Assembly: GCA_043228905.1 (NCBI GenBank)
Contig: JBHGNT010000008.1
Span: 9,238,001-9,302,000 of the forward strand
Source: Azolla caroliniana
Taxonomy: Eukaryota > Plantae > Polypodiophyta
DNA: 64,000 nucleotides
Reading direction: 5' to 3'
Under the pieces are notes generated by a model that made no database searches, was not told where the DNA came from, and worked only from the letters and a program-made list of their open reading frames with translations. Below, in pieces: positions 62,939 through 64,000 of the stretch; the first letter of the stretch is position 1; each line of letters opens with the position of its first letter. The position numbers and the translations under genes are program-made.

Positions 62939-64000
62939 TTCTTCAACTATATCACCTGATGTTATGGGGTGTCCATCAATGACTCCAACAAACACTAGGT
63001 TTGGGAGCTTATGTAACTTGATACTATGCATTATAGCAAAGTCATGATCCATGAAACAAGAGTTGGCTCCAGAACCTAAGAGGGCAAAAGTTGAGACTCG
63101 ATGGCACCTAGATGTGGTAAGTTCAACTTGTGCTAAGAAACTCAACTAACTTGACCTAATGCAATGGAACCACTACTAGGGACAGGCGTTATATGCCGAG
63201 AACTGTAGTATCTCCAAAGCTAGATTCGAATTCCTTTATAAATCCTTCTAATATTGGTGACTGCTTCTCCAAGAGTGATGCAAACCATGCTAATGCGGTA
63301 CCGGTTAACAAGGTACCAACCAATCCCACACAAGCAACATCAATTTGGTAACGACTAGAATGTAATTTAATCACAAGTTCTACTTGATTTAAAAATCCAC
63401 AAAATTGAGACCTTGTACCATCAAACTTGGTTGTAAGACTAATCTTTGGTTTCTCAATGGGGTTTGAACTTCCGCCGCTTATCGTTGAAGTAGAGTAGTC
63501 TCCAATTGATGCACCCGTTAAGATAACTCTTCATATTGTTGTACTTTCTCAGCACTTACTAGTTGTAGGTCCTTGAGAAGTCTTTGATTTTCTTTCTCCA
63601 ATGCCACGAACTTAGTTGTTAGCATGTTGAGCTCAAACAATACACGCATATATTCTTGCTTGTTGAGGTCTCGATAGTTATGAGAGAAATTTGCTAGATT
63701 TCTTAAATCAGAAAAGATAGGCAGAAGAAGTTGGAGAAGAAGAAAGAAGATTCAGTTCAAACTGCAGTGACTTGAGAGTAGGAGAGAGGGAGGGGGATAG
63801 AGAGTGCCTAGATGGATGTAGCTCAGTTGGTAAGGTTGCCCAATGGAGACCAGGTAGTCATGGGTTCAACCCCTACATTCCACAATGACATCTAATGAAA
63901 TCAAAGGTGAGATAATTGGGTTTCAAACCCAAGATATAGTGTTACTAATGTAAACAACTTACGACTTACCACTAGGGTAAGCTAATTACAAAAAGAGAGA
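62939..64000 (-). mobile_element. Degenerate third Tcn1-like gypsy fragment (gag N-terminus fused by deletion to protease; probable LTR from ~63763)
   Basis: PKISLTTKFDGTRSQF...LLTGTALAWFASLLEKQSP and ALLGSGANSCFMD...IDGHPITSGDI are homologous to B1/B2; gttcaaactg junction as in B2. Confidence 0.75.
63814..63882 (+). other. tRNA-like / SINE-head-like sequence (A box + B box + CCA)
   Basis: TAGCTCAGTTGG 63819-63830; GGTTCAACCCC 63863-63873; ggatgtag/ctacattcc pairing; no canonical anticodon arm. Confidence 0.55.

Noticed and set aside
63814-63882. Functional tRNA gene (also 43497, 56466, 56619, 30188, 54491)
   Set aside because: A and B boxes are present but the anticodon and acceptor stems are not canonical; reported only as tRNA-like modules.

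Overview
Land-plant nuclear DNA; the retroelement types suggest a seed-free plant, but the species cannot be read from the sequence. The first ~10 kb holds two minus-strand genes: an intronless zinc-ribbon/RING-H2 E3 ligase (309-2831) and a 4-exon AWPM-19-family membrane protein (5911-7975) that the ORF track only catches in pieces. From ~10.6 kb to the end the window is a nested transposon cluster. It holds a truncated gypsy, two complete Tnt1-like copias with TSDs and several broken copias. There are two near-identical Tcn1/PEG10-like gypsies plus a third fragment, and a degenerate Sola-like (DUF7869-type) transposase split by a hAT-type MITE and by an LTR element. Several non-autonomous LTR elements are also present. 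The most notable observations are: (1) a TSD-flanked LTR element whose 1099-codon frame has Gag, about four Zn knuckles and TWO aspartic-protease domains but no RT/RH/IN; (2) tRNA-like A-box/B-box modules ending in CCA, lying antisense in the LTRs of unrelated gypsy lineages; (3) Tf1-type self-priming and a -1 frameshift pseudoknot in the Tcn1-like elements; (4) a 1.9-kb inverted segmental duplication bracketing ~42 kb. All calls come from manual reading; no database searches or alignments were run.
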